This document shows, in pieces, positions 49,897 to 60,285 of a DNA stretch of 64,000 nt (positions are counted from its first letter, which is position 1; every line of letters begins with the position of its first letter). The position numbers and the translations under genes are program-made. The DNA comes from Candidatus Micrarchaeia archaeon (GTDB lineage: Archaea > Micrarchaeota > Micrarchaeia > CABMEP01): contig JAVZPM010000001.1 of the NCBI GenBank assembly GCA_038881595.1, forward strand, positions 19,562 through 83,561, read 5' to 3'. The notes beneath the pieces were generated by a model, which worked only from the letters and a program-made list of their open reading frames with translations, was not told the origin of the DNA and searched no databases.

Positions 49897-49989
49897 AATT
49901 ATATTTATACGCAAAACTTTTATAACTGAGCGTTTAAGCATTACTATTGAAATGTTATTTTACATTTGCATTATGAATGAGGTGAATAC

Positions 49990-50193
49990 ATGACTGTATT
50001 AAAAGTAGTGGAATTGATCGGAACATCGAACAAATCGTTCGATGATGCATTAAGACAGGTTGTTAAAAGAGCATCGAAAACTATAAGGGGAATAACTGGA
50101 ATTCATATAGTAGATCAAAAGGTTCATTGTAATGAAAAAGGAGAAATAGAAGAATATAGGATAGTATGCAAAGTTGCATTCGTAGTAGAATGA
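49990..50193 (+). CDS. Dodecin family protein
   Basis: KVVELIGTS..SFDDA...RASKTIRGI, EYRIVCKVAF. Confidence 0.88.
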   Translation: MTVLKVVELIGTSNKSFDDALRQVVKRASKTIRGITGIHIVDQKVHCNEKGEIEEYRIVCKVAFVVE

Positions 50194-50239
50194 CATTCTT
50201 TGGTGTCTTTTAATATATTAATTCTTTCTGTTTAAAGAA

Positions 50240-52015
50240 TTACTTTCTTGTAAGCCTAATTATCAAATCCAAAAGATCTATCTCCTGACCTGTCAATAGT
50301 GATTTGTATTTATCTCTTAGAATAAGGGCATCTTTTAATGGGACCTTTGTATAATACACTTCTCCTTCAAATATATGCCTTCCTATGGTTGGCTCATCCA
50401 TTGAAATTGCTGCCTGCTCCTTTTCTTTAAGCTCTGTCTTACTTTGTTTTTCTACCTGAATGCTCTTTATAGTTCCTATCTCTGTTCCATCTTCTTTTAT
50501 CAATGTATCTCCCTGCTTTATTCTTCCTATCAGAACCTCTATTCCAAATATCGCAGGCTTGCTTGACCTGAATGCATATCCCGGTATAAATCTAATCTTA
50601 GCAGGAAATGTATATTGTGAAACTGCCTCCTGCTGCTCTCTTTTTCTTTCTTCTTCTTTCCAAAGCTTGAGCTGATCGAGAAGAGAATATATTATGTTTG
50701 ACTTTATAATTCCAATTCCTTTCTGCTGACACTCTGTTTCAAGTTCTGAATCAACAGATACATTAAATGCAAGAATGACTCCAGAATACCTATCTTGTTG
50801 CCTTACAGAATATGCCTCTAGAACATCGGCCTTAGTAACTGGACCCACATCGGCTTTTCTTATCTTTGCTTCTATTGTTTTGTCAGATTCAAGAAGTTTT
50901 ATTATTGCCTCCAGAGAACCAAGCGTATCTGCTCTTACTATCATTCCTACATTCTCAGTCTTAATAAGAATCTCTTTTAGCTCCTCTTCTAATTCAGACT
51001 TTATTTTTTCTAAATCTGAATCCTTTCCAACTACATAAAGTGATGAACCTGGCAATGCATCTTCAAGATCTGGTGCAAATATCTTTATTCCAGAAGCTGC
51101 ATAAACTTCATCCACGTACATAAATCTATCTGACGCTTCTTTGACATCTCTCATCTCCATCAAAGGCTTTGGCTTAAGAAGGCCCCTTATTTTTGTTGTT
51201 TTTATTCCACTCTTAGTTGCAAATATTATTTCATCTCCTTTTCTTATTACTCCCTCATAAAGGATAACGTCTGCTGTTACTCCAAGACCTTTCTCGAATT
51301 TTACTTCCATTATGCTACATTTTCCAGGACCTAATTTTGATTCGAGCTGTGATTCAAGAAATTTCTGTGCAAGCCCTGAAATCATCATAAGAAGCTCTGG
51401 AATTCCCTCCTGAGTTTTTGCACTAACTGGTACTATTGCTACTGTTTTAGTAAAGTCTTTTACGCGATCAAATCTATCAGATTGAATATTAAATTTCGAA
51501 AGCTCTCCCACTAACTCATAAATCTTTGAATCTAATTCATTTTGAACTTCATGTCTTTGAGAAGGCAGAGATTCAAGGAAACATGATTTTTCTTTTGTCC
51601 TCCAACCAGTTATCAAATCTATCTTATTTGCAGCAACTATGAATGGAGTCCTATACTCCTTTAATATCTCAATTGCTTCTATTGTCTGCGGTTGAAATCC
51701 TTGAGCTATATCTACCACAAGTATTGCAATGTCAGCTATGCTTCCTCCTCTTTTCCTTAGATTTGTAAATGCTGCATGACCTGGAGTGTCTACAAAAAGT
51801 AACCCTGGAATAGTAAGGTTAATTTTCATGAATTTTGAAAGAGGGCTGCATCTCTCTTTTATAACAGAAACAGGTACCTCGCTTGCACCTATATGTTGAG
51901 TTATTGCCCCTGCTTCTCTTGATGCTATTGTAGTTGAACGAATGCTGTCAAGGATACTCGTTTTTCCGTGATCTACGTGACCTAAAACTGAAACTATTGG
52001 TTGTCTAAGTGGCAT
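50240..52015 (-). CDS. infB: Translation initiation factor aIF5B/IF2
   Basis: RQPIVSVLGHVDHGKT, DTPGH, NKID; no intein. Confidence 0.97.
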   Translation of the reverse strand: MPLRQPIVSVLGHVDHGKTSILDSIRSTTIASREAGAITQHIGASEVPVSVIKERCSPLSKFMKINLTIPGLLFVDTPGHAAFTNLRKRGGSIADIAILVVDIAQGFQPQTIEAIEILKEYRTPFIVAANKIDLITGWRTKEKSCFLESLPSQRHEVQNELDSKIYELVGELSKFNIQSDRFDRVKDFTKTVAIVPVSAKTQEGIPELLMMISGLAQKFLESQLESKLGPGKCSIMEVKFEKGLGVTADVILYEGVIRKGDEIIFATKSGIKTTKIRGLLKPKPLMEMRDVKEASDRFMYVDEVYAASGIKIFAPDLEDALPGSSLYVVGKDSDLEKIKSELEEELKEILIKTENVGMIVRADTLGSLEAIIKLLESDKTIEAKIRKADVGPVTKADVLEAYSVRQQDRYSGVILAFNVSVDSELETECQQKGIGIIKSNIIYSLLDQLKLWKEEERKREQQEAVSQYTFPAKIRFIPGYAFRSSKPAIFGIEVLIGRIKQGDTLIKEDGTEIGTIKSIQVEKQSKTELKEKEQAAISMDEPTIGRHIFEGEVYYTKVPLKDALILRDKYKSLLTGQEIDLLDLIIRLTRK

Positions 52016-52142
52016 ATAATCATCTTTATAATTGAAATAAATGAGGTATTGTTTTATTAAAATTATAGAAGGAAAAAGATATTAAATCTAAGTATCCAAT
52101 AATTAATGTTTTCTTATTAGCTTAATTTGGCAAAGTGATTAA

Positions 52143-53147
52143 ATGTATTATTTTATAACTGGAGCAAGTGGGAGATTAGGGATTGTTCTAACAAAGAAGC
52201 TGTACGAACGACACCAAAATTTGATACTGTTGGTGGCAAATGAAGAAGAGAAAAGAAAACTTCCACCTATGAAGGATGTGGAGATTATAGTGGGAGATAT
52301 AAACGATAGGAATGTAATAGAGAAAGGAGTTGCAAAGGCAGATGTAGTGGTGCATCTTGCTGGAATTATAGATTATAGTGGAAATTGGGAAATTCTTGAA
52401 AAGGTGAATATAAAAGGAACTAAAACCGTTGCTGAGGCATGTGCAAAATTTAACAAAAAACTCATATTTGCAAGTACAACTGGAGTATATGGAAAGAAGC
52501 CTTTAGAAAATCCTGTAACTGAAAAAACACCTACAAATCCTACTGATTTATATGCAAAATCAAAACTTGAAGCTGAAAGAGTTGTTAATTCTTACTATGG
52601 CTCATTTCCTTACATAATTCTAAGAATTGGTGTTATGTACGGTAAAACTTATTATAAAACATATGCAAGAGTAGTAAAGATGATAGATAAAGGAATGATG
52701 CCTATTTTTGGAGATGGAAAAAATGTAATTCCATTTGTACATGCAGAGGATGTTGCTGAAGCAATAATACTTGCATCTAGATCAAACATAAGCAATGCAA
52801 CATTCAATATAGTAGAGAATAGAACAATGACTCAAGAAAGAATATATTCTTATGTTGCAGAGTTACTTGGAAAGAAATATTCTCCATTTAGAATCCCACC
52901 AACAATTGGAAAGATCCTAACAATAGCCTCACCTATAAGCAGTGAAGACATAAATGTGTTGGCTTCCCATAGGGTTTTTGATACAGAAAGGGCGAATAAA
53001 GCACTTGGTTGGACGCCTGCGATACCTTTAATGCAAGGGATAAAGGAAATAGTAGATATTTATAAATCTAAAAATACTAATAAGATAGAAAAAACCAAAA
53101 AAGATGAATTAGAAAAAGAGGATTATAAAGAGTCGGAGGTAATTTAA
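52143..53147 (+). CDS. NAD-dependent epimerase/dehydratase (extended SDR)
   Basis: TGASGRLG, HLAG, YAKSK. Confidence 0.9.
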   Translation: MYYFITGASGRLGIVLTKKLYERHQNLILLVANEEEKRKLPPMKDVEIIVGDINDRNVIEKGVAKADVVVHLAGIIDYSGNWEILEKVNIKGTKTVAEACAKFNKKLIFASTTGVYGKKPLENPVTEKTPTNPTDLYAKSKLEAERVVNSYYGSFPYIILRIGVMYGKTYYKTYARVVKMIDKGMMPIFGDGKNVIPFVHAEDVAEAIILASRSNISNATFNIVENRTMTQERIYSYVAELLGKKYSPFRIPPTIGKILTIASPISSEDINVLASHRVFDTERANKALGWTPAIPLMQGIKEIVDIYKSKNTNKIEKTKKDELEKEDYKESEVI

Positions 53148-53903
53148 ATGAAATATGAAGTTGAAAAATACATCAAAGAAAGATTAAACAAAAAAGAGAA
53201 ACTTCTGTTTGCATTGATAGATCCACTAGATTATAACGATATAGAGCATGCAATAAAAACAGCTATTGCTGCAGCAGAAGGTGGGGCAGCAGTGATACTT
53301 GTAGGCGGTTCGATAGGGGTTCAAGGAGAGCTTCTCGATATGGTTGTAAAGAAGATTAAGGAAAAGGTAAAGGTTCCTGTTGTCTTGTTCCCAGGAAACA
53401 TTGCAACCCTTACTAAATATGCAGATGCAGTATATTTCATGTCTCTTCTTAATTCCAGAAATCCTTATTGGATAAGCCAGGCACAGATGCTTGCGTCACC
53501 GGTTATAAAGCAGATGGGAATAGAACCTCTCTCCATTGGATACATTGTTGTTGAACCAGGTGGTTCTGTAGGTTGGGTGGGGGATGTTAATCTTGTGCCT
53601 CGTGACAAACCCAAGATAGGAGCTGCACTAGCACTAGCTGGCGAATATCTTGGATCAAAGTTCATACTTATGGATGTAGGGTCGGCATCTAAAGTAGGAC
53701 ATGTTCCTCTTGAAATGATATCTATGGTAAAGAAAACAATAGGTATTCCGCTTATAATTGCAGGTGGAATAAAAACTCCTGAGGAAGCTGAAAATGTTGT
53801 TAATGCTGGCGCAGATATCATACAAATTGGAACAATATTAGAAAAGAGTGATGATCCAAAGAAGCTTTGCCAAGAAATAATTAAAAGAATAAATAAAAAG
53901 TAG
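53148..53903 (+). CDS. Geranylgeranylglyceryl phosphate synthase (PcrB family)
   Basis: LIDP, VGGS, LFPGN, SLLNSRNPYWI, AGGIK. Confidence 0.92.
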   Translation: MKYEVEKYIKERLNKKEKLLFALIDPLDYNDIEHAIKTAIAAAEGGAAVILVGGSIGVQGELLDMVVKKIKEKVKVPVVLFPGNIATLTKYADAVYFMSLLNSRNPYWISQAQMLASPVIKQMGIEPLSIGYIVVEPGGSVGWVGDVNLVPRDKPKIGAALALAGEYLGSKFILMDVGSASKVGHVPLEMISMVKKTIGIPLIIAGGIKTPEEAENVVNAGADIIQIGTILEKSDDPKKLCQEIIKRINKK

Positions 53904-53930
53904 TACATAGAAAATTAAGAGGCAGATTGG

Positions 53931-55145
53931 ATGCTTATAACAACTTATGAAGCAATAGCAAGGTTAATCATTGCAGCTGCAATCGGAACTCTAATTGGAT
54001 TAGAAAGAAAGAGGACGACAAAAAACCATATAGACATAAAGACGTTTTCTTTCTCAGCTATCTTTGGCTGTATAAGTGCAATGTCCATCCTCTTTGAAAT
54101 TCCATTCTCTGAGTTCTTTCCATTGCTTGGATTTATAATGGTGCTTGCACTTACATATGATTTACTAAAAAATGCAGAAAATAAAAACAGCTCAGATAAA
54201 ATCAGTTCTTACCTGATGCCAATTCTTTTCCTTTCTGGACTAATGGTTGGAAGTGGACTTGTATGGGAAGCCACTGCATCTGCATTTTTAATTGTCGGAA
54301 CTCTTGCTATTGGAAAAAAATTAGAAAAAACAGTTGAGCTTTTAAGTGATGAAGAGATAAGTGAATTAATCCAGATAGGGATAATACTATTCATCCTATT
54401 TCCAATATTGCCACCAAAACCAATTGAGATTTATGGAATAAGCTTAGATTTATTTCTAGTTTTTGCATTTCTTCTGATTGTAACGCTATTGAATTTCTTT
54501 GCATTCTTAGCTTACAGGATTTTTAGAAGAGAAAATGTAAGTGTAACTGGTTTCATCGGAGGAATAATAAACTCAACATATTCAATATATCAATTAAATA
54601 AAACAAAGCAGGGAATAAGTAGCGAAGGTGTGATATCTGCTATGCTTGGAAGCATACTTAGAAATAGTCTGCTTGTAGTAATAGTGATGAATGAAATGAT
54701 TAATAAGGTTCTTCCCTTGTTTGCTCTTATAGCAGGTATGTTTATTTTGCTTGTTTTAAAGGAAAGAACAACCAAAAAGAAGAAATATACTATTGAAAAA
54801 CCAATAACTGTAATAAACAGTGCATATGCAACTCTTTTCTTAATAGCTTCATTGATTTTATTTCAATTAAGTGCAAAGAATTTTCCTCAATTCCTACCAA
54901 TCGTTTCATTCATTGCTTCAACCATAAGCAGTGGATATACTATGCTTTCTTTGGGAAGTGTGTATACTACCATAACTCAAAAAGAGCTCCTTCTCTCAAT
55001 AGCAACTGCAATAATTGGAAGCTTTGCGACATCTACAATAACTGCGTTCTTACTGAATAGAGAGGTAGGTAAAAAAACTCTTAAATATTCATTACTTGCA
55101 ACTTTTTTACTTTTAGCATACTTAATTATAGCAAATGCTTTATAA
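53931..55145 (+). CDS. MgtC/SapB + DUF4010-like membrane protein
   Basis: IGTLIGLER..IKTF, ILFPILP, GFIGGIINST. Confidence 0.8.
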   Translation: MLITTYEAIARLIIAAAIGTLIGLERKRTTKNHIDIKTFSFSAIFGCISAMSILFEIPFSEFFPLLGFIMVLALTYDLLKNAENKNSSDKISSYLMPILFLSGLMVGSGLVWEATASAFLIVGTLAIGKKLEKTVELLSDEEISELIQIGIILFILFPILPPKPIEIYGISLDLFLVFAFLLIVTLLNFFAFLAYRIFRRENVSVTGFIGGIINSTYSIYQLNKTKQGISSEGVISAMLGSILRNSLLVVIVMNEMINKVLPLFALIAGMFILLVLKERTTKKKKYTIEKPITVINSAYATLFLIASLILFQLSAKNFPQFLPIVSFIASTISSGYTMLSLGSVYTTITQKELLLSIATAIIGSFATSTITAFLLNREVGKKTLKYSLLATFLLLAYLIIANAL

Positions 55146-55156
55146 AAAGGTAGGAA

Positions 55157-55930
55157 TTAGAGAAGTGGCTTTTGGATTGCTGTAGAAATTGGTCTTTTGA
55201 TATCTTCTAATGGAAGCTTTTCCTGGACTATACTCTCTTCCCTCTTTCTTTTTTCTATTATCCTCTTCAGAAGATTGTTTGCCTTTCTTGTGACATTTCT
55301 AACATAGTTCTCATTCTTAAGGAAATCAGTATTTGCATCTATCCATATTGTAGGTATTTTTTCTGAAAGAGTACGAAATTCCTGCCTATATTCATTTATT
55401 AATCTTCCCCAATAGTCATAATCTAATGCTTCTCCTGTCTTTCTCTTTTTTAGCCTTTCATTTAAGCAAGTATCTACGTTTATATCTAAAAATATTATTC
55501 CATCTGGTTCTTTAATTCCATATATTTTCATTATAGAATCTCTGTGCCTACAATACTCATTAAATGCTTCTTTACTCAATTTTCCCATTTCATAAAGATT
55601 CCTAGCAAATAAAAGATCGCCATAAATTGACCTGTCTTCAAGAGCGATACCTGGATATGATTTAATATTCATATTTGTTACAAATCTTGCATTAAGATAA
55701 AACATTTGAGAAGCATAAGCAAAAGATTCTTTCATCCCACTCTCATAGAAATCCTTCAAGAAAGGATTCTGATCTGCTCTTTCCCTAAAAAATTTAACTT
55801 CTGGCACTCCCTCTGGGAATTCGATTCCTCTTGTAAATGAGAATACAAGTGGTGGCTTTTCTAAAAGAGATCCTAAGTCTGTTTTTCCACTTCCAGATAT
55901 TCCTTCTATAGCGATATGAATAAATGCCAT
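55157..55930 (-). CDS. Deoxynucleoside kinase family protein
   Basis: IAIEGISGSGKT, NPFLKDFY, EDRSIYGD. Confidence 0.85.
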   Translation of the reverse strand: MAFIHIAIEGISGSGKTDLGSLLEKPPLVFSFTRGIEFPEGVPEVKFFRERADQNPFLKDFYESGMKESFAYASQMFYLNARFVTNMNIKSYPGIALEDRSIYGDLLFARNLYEMGKLSKEAFNEYCRHRDSIMKIYGIKEPDGIIFLDINVDTCLNERLKKRKTGEALDYDYWGRLINEYRQEFRTLSEKIPTIWIDANTDFLKNENYVRNVTRKANNLLKRIIEKRKREESIVQEKLPLEDIKRPISTAIQKPLL

Positions 55931-56016
55931 AAAAACCAAATAGATAAATTTACAAAAAAAATATAAATCATTTGAAGCCATTCTGCTATTAATTTATTAA
56001 TATTCTTTAATTTTAT

Positions 56017-56763
56017 TTATTGATCTTTATTTCTTATTTTCCATCCTTGCATTTGCAATGACTTAATTATTCGTTCTTCTATCTGAAGATGAAACCTCTT
56101 CAAATCCTCATCACTCATATCGTTATTTGCATCTATTCTTAACAATCTATGCCCGTACATTGGAACCATATCAGGTAGAATTTCATCAATCAATCTTTGA
56201 TAAAGATAATATAGATTATTTAAATAAGTGATATCGATCCCTCTCTCCGATTTCCTTCCTCTTTCTTTTATTCTCTTTAATGCAACTTCAGGTTTAACAT
56301 CTAGATACACAAAAACATTTACAGGTGGAATTTTATTTTTTAGATATTGATATGTAGCAGAATAACTTTGGTAGAATGATTTTGCAATCTTACTGTTTGG
56401 ATCACCAAATATACCTGATTTATAATCGTTCTCAAAAAAAACAAACCTATTTTCTTCTGGAATTCTTTCGACAAGAACGATTCCGTTTTCCTTTGATGCC
56501 TGAAGCATTTGATCTACTCTTGCGCTTAGCATTGCTATCTCTGCAGCGAAACATGTATATTTATCATTTCTTTTGAGTGCGGGATAAAAAACAGAAGCAG
56601 CAATGTTCTTCACTTGTTTTGATTCTTCATATACTTTCAATTCACCAGGGGTTACTAGCATCGATGGAAGTTGAGAGCTGAATCTCCTTTTTTTCATTGA
56701 CTTAATGAATTCAGACTTTCCTATTCCAATTCCTCCCATTACACCTATTATTACTTCCGCCAT
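56017..56763 (-). CDS. Deoxynucleoside kinase family protein
   Basis: GGIGIGKS, VERIP, lid RIKERGRKSE, YLNNL. Confidence 0.82.
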   Translation of the reverse strand: MAEVIIGVMGGIGIGKSEFIKSMKKRRFSSQLPSMLVTPGELKVYEESKQVKNIAASVFYPALKRNDKYTCFAAEIAMLSARVDQMLQASKENGIVLVERIPEENRFVFFENDYKSGIFGDPNSKIAKSFYQSYSATYQYLKNKIPPVNVFVYLDVKPEVALKRIKERGRKSERGIDITYLNNLYYLYQRLIDEILPDMVPMYGHRLLRIDANNDMSDEDLKRFHLQIEERIIKSLQMQGWKIRNKDQ

Positions 56764-56787
56764 TCCAACACGCTCCTATATTTAAAA

Positions 56788-57543
56788 TTATTTTTGTCTA
56801 TATATGGATTTTGAATTGCTATAAAAACCTCTTTTCATCAGAAGTCTATGCGCTCTCTCTTCTATATAATTATGAAAACGAATTAAATCTTTGGGACTAA
56901 AATCTCTATCTGCGTCAATTATTAAGATAACATCCCTATAATTTGGAATCTCTTTCGGAATCTCTTCATTTATCATATTCTCATAGTAGGTATGTAACTG
57001 CCTTATGTAATCTAATGTAAGTCCTGATTCACTTGGTAGGCCTCCTGTTCCTCTTCTTATCTCATCCATTCTTCTCTTATATGCAGTCTCAGGTCTAGTG
57101 TAGAGGTAAATCAGTAAATCAGGAGGAGATACTGATCTCATGCTATATTCATATTCCCTTTTATATATCTCATAATGTTCCTTTAACAGAAGGCCTGATT
57201 GATTAAGGTTTGCTACGAATACGTATCTATCTTCGTAAGGACATCTCTCATTGAAAACTATTCCTCCTTGCCTCATGTTTGCCTGCATCTGCCTTATCCT
57301 TGCCTTTAATATGTCTAATTCTGCAACAAACAGCATATCCTTATTCTTTTCTCTCAATGCTGGATAGAACTTCTTATCCACAATCTCTAAAACTTCTGGA
57401 GACTCTTTCTCCACCTTTATCTCTCCAGGCATGCTTAAAAGAGGGAGAAGTCTAAAGCCTGTTTTCTTCTCTTCAAGTGTCTTTAAAAAAGTAGATTTCC
57501 CTGAACCTATATTTCCAACAACAATAACAGTTATCTCTGCCAT
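56788..57543 (-). CDS. Deoxynucleoside kinase family protein
   Basis: GNIGSGKST, NERCPYED, PDLLIYL. Confidence 0.82.
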   Translation of the reverse strand: MAEITVIVVGNIGSGKSTFLKTLEEKKTGFRLLPLLSMPGEIKVEKESPEVLEIVDKKFYPALREKNKDMLFVAELDILKARIRQMQANMRQGGIVFNERCPYEDRYVFVANLNQSGLLLKEHYEIYKREYEYSMRSVSPPDLLIYLYTRPETAYKRRMDEIRRGTGGLPSESGLTLDYIRQLHTYYENMINEEIPKEIPNYRDVILIIDADRDFSPKDLIRFHNYIEERAHRLLMKRGFYSNSKSIYRQK

Positions 57544-57630
57544 AATATCACTAATAAGCTAATATCAAATAGCAAATAATGATGATATAAAATTAAGCAA
57601 AAATAGTATTTATACTTTATCATTCAATGT

Positions 57631-58552
57631 CTATTTAATAAAAGAATTTATGGCTTCTGCTATTTTGTCATCTGTAAGTAAGACATAATTTTCCAAATTT
57701 TTTGCGGCAGGAATTGGAAACTCTTTCGCATGTAGTATTTTTACCTTTGCATTTGAGTTTTCATTTACTATAGATGCAACTTTAGATGCAACAAATCCAA
57801 TACCATCTTCTATTATAAGAATTTTTTTTTGTTTTTTTACTAATTGCAATTATAGATTCTTTATCTAAAGGATTTAAAGATCTTAAGTCGAGCAATTCTA
57901 CATCCATATCTTTAATTATTCTCTCAACAATTGGAACTATTCTTCCATATGTAATAATTCCTAGCTTTTTACCTTTCTGCCTTATCTTAGCCTTTCCGAA
58001 TGGTACTAATTCTGATGTAATCTCTCCTTCCATATTATGTAAAAGTTTATGTTCAATAAATAAAGTAGGATCATTCTGATTTAGTGCATATTTCATAAGC
58101 CCTGCTGCATCATCTGGATTTGAAGGATATACAACATTAAGTCCTGGACACATAAAAATATGTTCTAAATTCTGCGAATGAGTTGCACCATATCCTCTAT
58201 GAGAAGATAGAACTCCTCTTATAATTAAAGGAACATTAAAATCTCCATTAGAAAGAGCTTTTATTTTCGCAGCGTGGTTAATTATGGGATCAGCTGCACA
58301 AAGTAGAAAATCAAAGAAAGTAAATTCTATTATTGGTCTCATTCCATTCATCGCTGCCCCGATTCCTATACCAACAGTTGCTGCTTCTGAAATGGGTGTG
58401 TTTATTATTCTATCTTTAAATCTTTTATCTAGCCCTTTAAATAACCCAGAGGAACCTCCCCACTCTCTAACATCTTGTCCCATTACAATTATTTTATCAT
58501 TATTTTCCATTTCATTTATTATTACATTTCTAATTGCATCAATATATCTCAT
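57631..58552 (-). pseudogene. TPP-dependent dehydrogenase E1 beta subunit, frameshifted in an A9 run
   Basis: TPISE, EFTFFDF, GATHSQ, DLRSLNPLD in one frame; C-terminal ILIIEDG..PIPAA in another; removing one A at 57822-57830 restores one ORF. Confidence 0.8.
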
Positions 58553-59484
58553 CTAAAAACCTCTGTTTCATTAAATTCCGTATCTCTAGCATTTTTAGCT
58601 TCAATTAGATCTTTTTCAAGCTGCTCCTTTATTTCTTTCTTTAAATCTTCAATTTTTTCTTTTGTTATTAATTTTTTCTTAAGAAGATATCTCTCATATT
58701 TGATTATTGGATCATGCAGTTTTGCTTTTCTTATATATTCTTTTGTGAAATATGATTTATCGACATCATTTATTGAATGACCACATTGTCTATATGTCAA
58801 AAATTCTATAAATACAGGTTTTCCTTTTCTAACTTTATCTATTGCTATCTTGCTACTTTTCATTACTATATTTATATCTGTTCCATCTACTCTAAAAGAT
58901 TCTATACCATATGCTTGTTTTACCTTCTTTGCAAGATCTATTACAGCAGAATGTTCTTTTATAGATGTAGATTGAGCCCAATAGTTGTTTTCACAAACAA
59001 AAAGTATGGGTAAATCCCAAAGAGATGCCATATTAAGGGTTTCATGAAATATTCCTTGTGTTGTAGCACCATCTCCAAGAAATGTAACAACAATAGAATT
59101 AGTCTTTTGCATCTTTAAACCTAATGCTATACCACTAGAAATGGCTACATTAGCGCTTACTATTCCATTAGCTCCCCAAAAACCGTCTTTCTTTGATGAA
59201 AGATGCATTGCTCCAGCATATCCTTTATTATATCCTATTGTTTTTCCAAGTAGTTCAGCAAAAATTTTTTTTGGTTCTAAACCACAACTAAGTGCAATAT
59301 GATATACTCTATGTCCACAAGTAACTATATCTCCTTTCATTAAATTTGAACAAACTCCTAGCGGAATAGCTTCCTGACCTGTGCTGAAATGATCTGTTCC
59401 TTTAACTATTCCATCTTTATGCAATTCCGCCACTTTTTCTTCAAAGTATCTGATAATGTAAAATTTTTTAAGAATTTTATCCAT
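58549..59484 (-). CDS. TPP-dependent dehydrogenase E1 alpha subunit (pyruvate/acetoin dehydrogenase family)
   Basis: GQEA, GDGA..ENN TPP motif, YR..GHS. Confidence 0.9.
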   Translation of the reverse strand: MDKILKKFYIIRYFEEKVAELHKDGIVKGTDHFSTGQEAIPLGVCSNLMKGDIVTCGHRVYHIALSCGLEPKKIFAELLGKTIGYNKGYAGAMHLSSKKDGFWGANGIVSANVAISSGIALGLKMQKTNSIVVTFLGDGATTQGIFHETLNMASLWDLPILFVCENNYWAQSTSIKEHSAVIDLAKKVKQAYGIESFRVDGTDINIVMKSSKIAIDKVRKGKPVFIEFLTYRQCGHSINDVDKSYFTKEYIRKAKLHDPIIKYERYLLKKKLITKEKIEDLKKEIKEQLEKDLIEAKNARDTEFNETEVFR

Positions 59485-60118
59485 ATTTTTCTCTCCAATA
59501 TTTTAATATTGTATATCTATCAATCATTGGTAATTTTTTTAAGTCAGAAAATTTATTTAGGTCTTTCTTAGTAATCATTTTTCCATTTTTTGGATTTCTA
59601 AGAGAGCACATTACTATTGCTATTTCATAAGGTTTAAGACCGCTTAATCTAGCAAGTGCTACGTTTAATTCTGTATGGCCCTGTCTTGAATTTAAAAGAT
59701 CCTTTGCAGCAATAAAAAATTTAAGATGTCCTGGAATATAAATATTTTTGATAAATTTTTCATATTTTTTACTCTTAGCAGCAGTAGCTAACTCTTTGAT
59801 TAATAATAATTTATCTCTATCTGATGAACCTGTTTTAGCTTTAATATGATCAATAAGTAAAGACAAACTACTTTTCTTTATCTTTGGAATTTTCTTTTTA
59901 CGAGAGATAATTAATTGATGTAAAAATGGAATTTTTATTTTTGAGGCAAGTTCATAGGATATAGCTACTCCGACATCTCCAGAGGCATATTTCTTCATAA
60001 GACGCATCTTATTCATATTCATTTTACTTGCTAGAATCATCATAGAAAATTCATCTTCTTCATGCTCATATACAAGAATAGGTCTGCCTCTCTTTATCTC
60101 ATTAAAAATCAATTCCAA
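59477..60118 (-). CDS. Archaeal RibB (DHBP synthase)-like protein with divergent active site
   Basis: KSSLSL.IDH..KTG.SD.D, PGH, RQGHTE; TTG start with AGGGGA RBS. Confidence 0.75.
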   Translation of the reverse strand: MELIFNEIKRGRPILVYEHEEDEFSMMILASKMNMNKMRLMKKYASGDVGVAISYELASKIKIPFLHQLIISRKKKIPKIKKSSLSLLIDHIKAKTGSSDRDKLLLIKELATAAKSKKYEKFIKNIYIPGHLKFFIAAKDLLNSRQGHTELNVALARLSGLKPYEIAIVMCSLRNPKNGKMITKKDLNKFSDLKKLPMIDRYTILKYWREKYG

Positions 60119-60285
60119 GTTTATCCCCTAATTTAAATTTAATAATGTGATATAATATTTTAAAGCATTACTAAATGCAGATGTATGAATTCATTTACTT
60201 ATTCTAAAATCAAAAAAATAACAAAAATTGCAGTGAAAATCAGATAGATTAAAATATGTTTGTAAAAAATAATGAATGAATAGTT

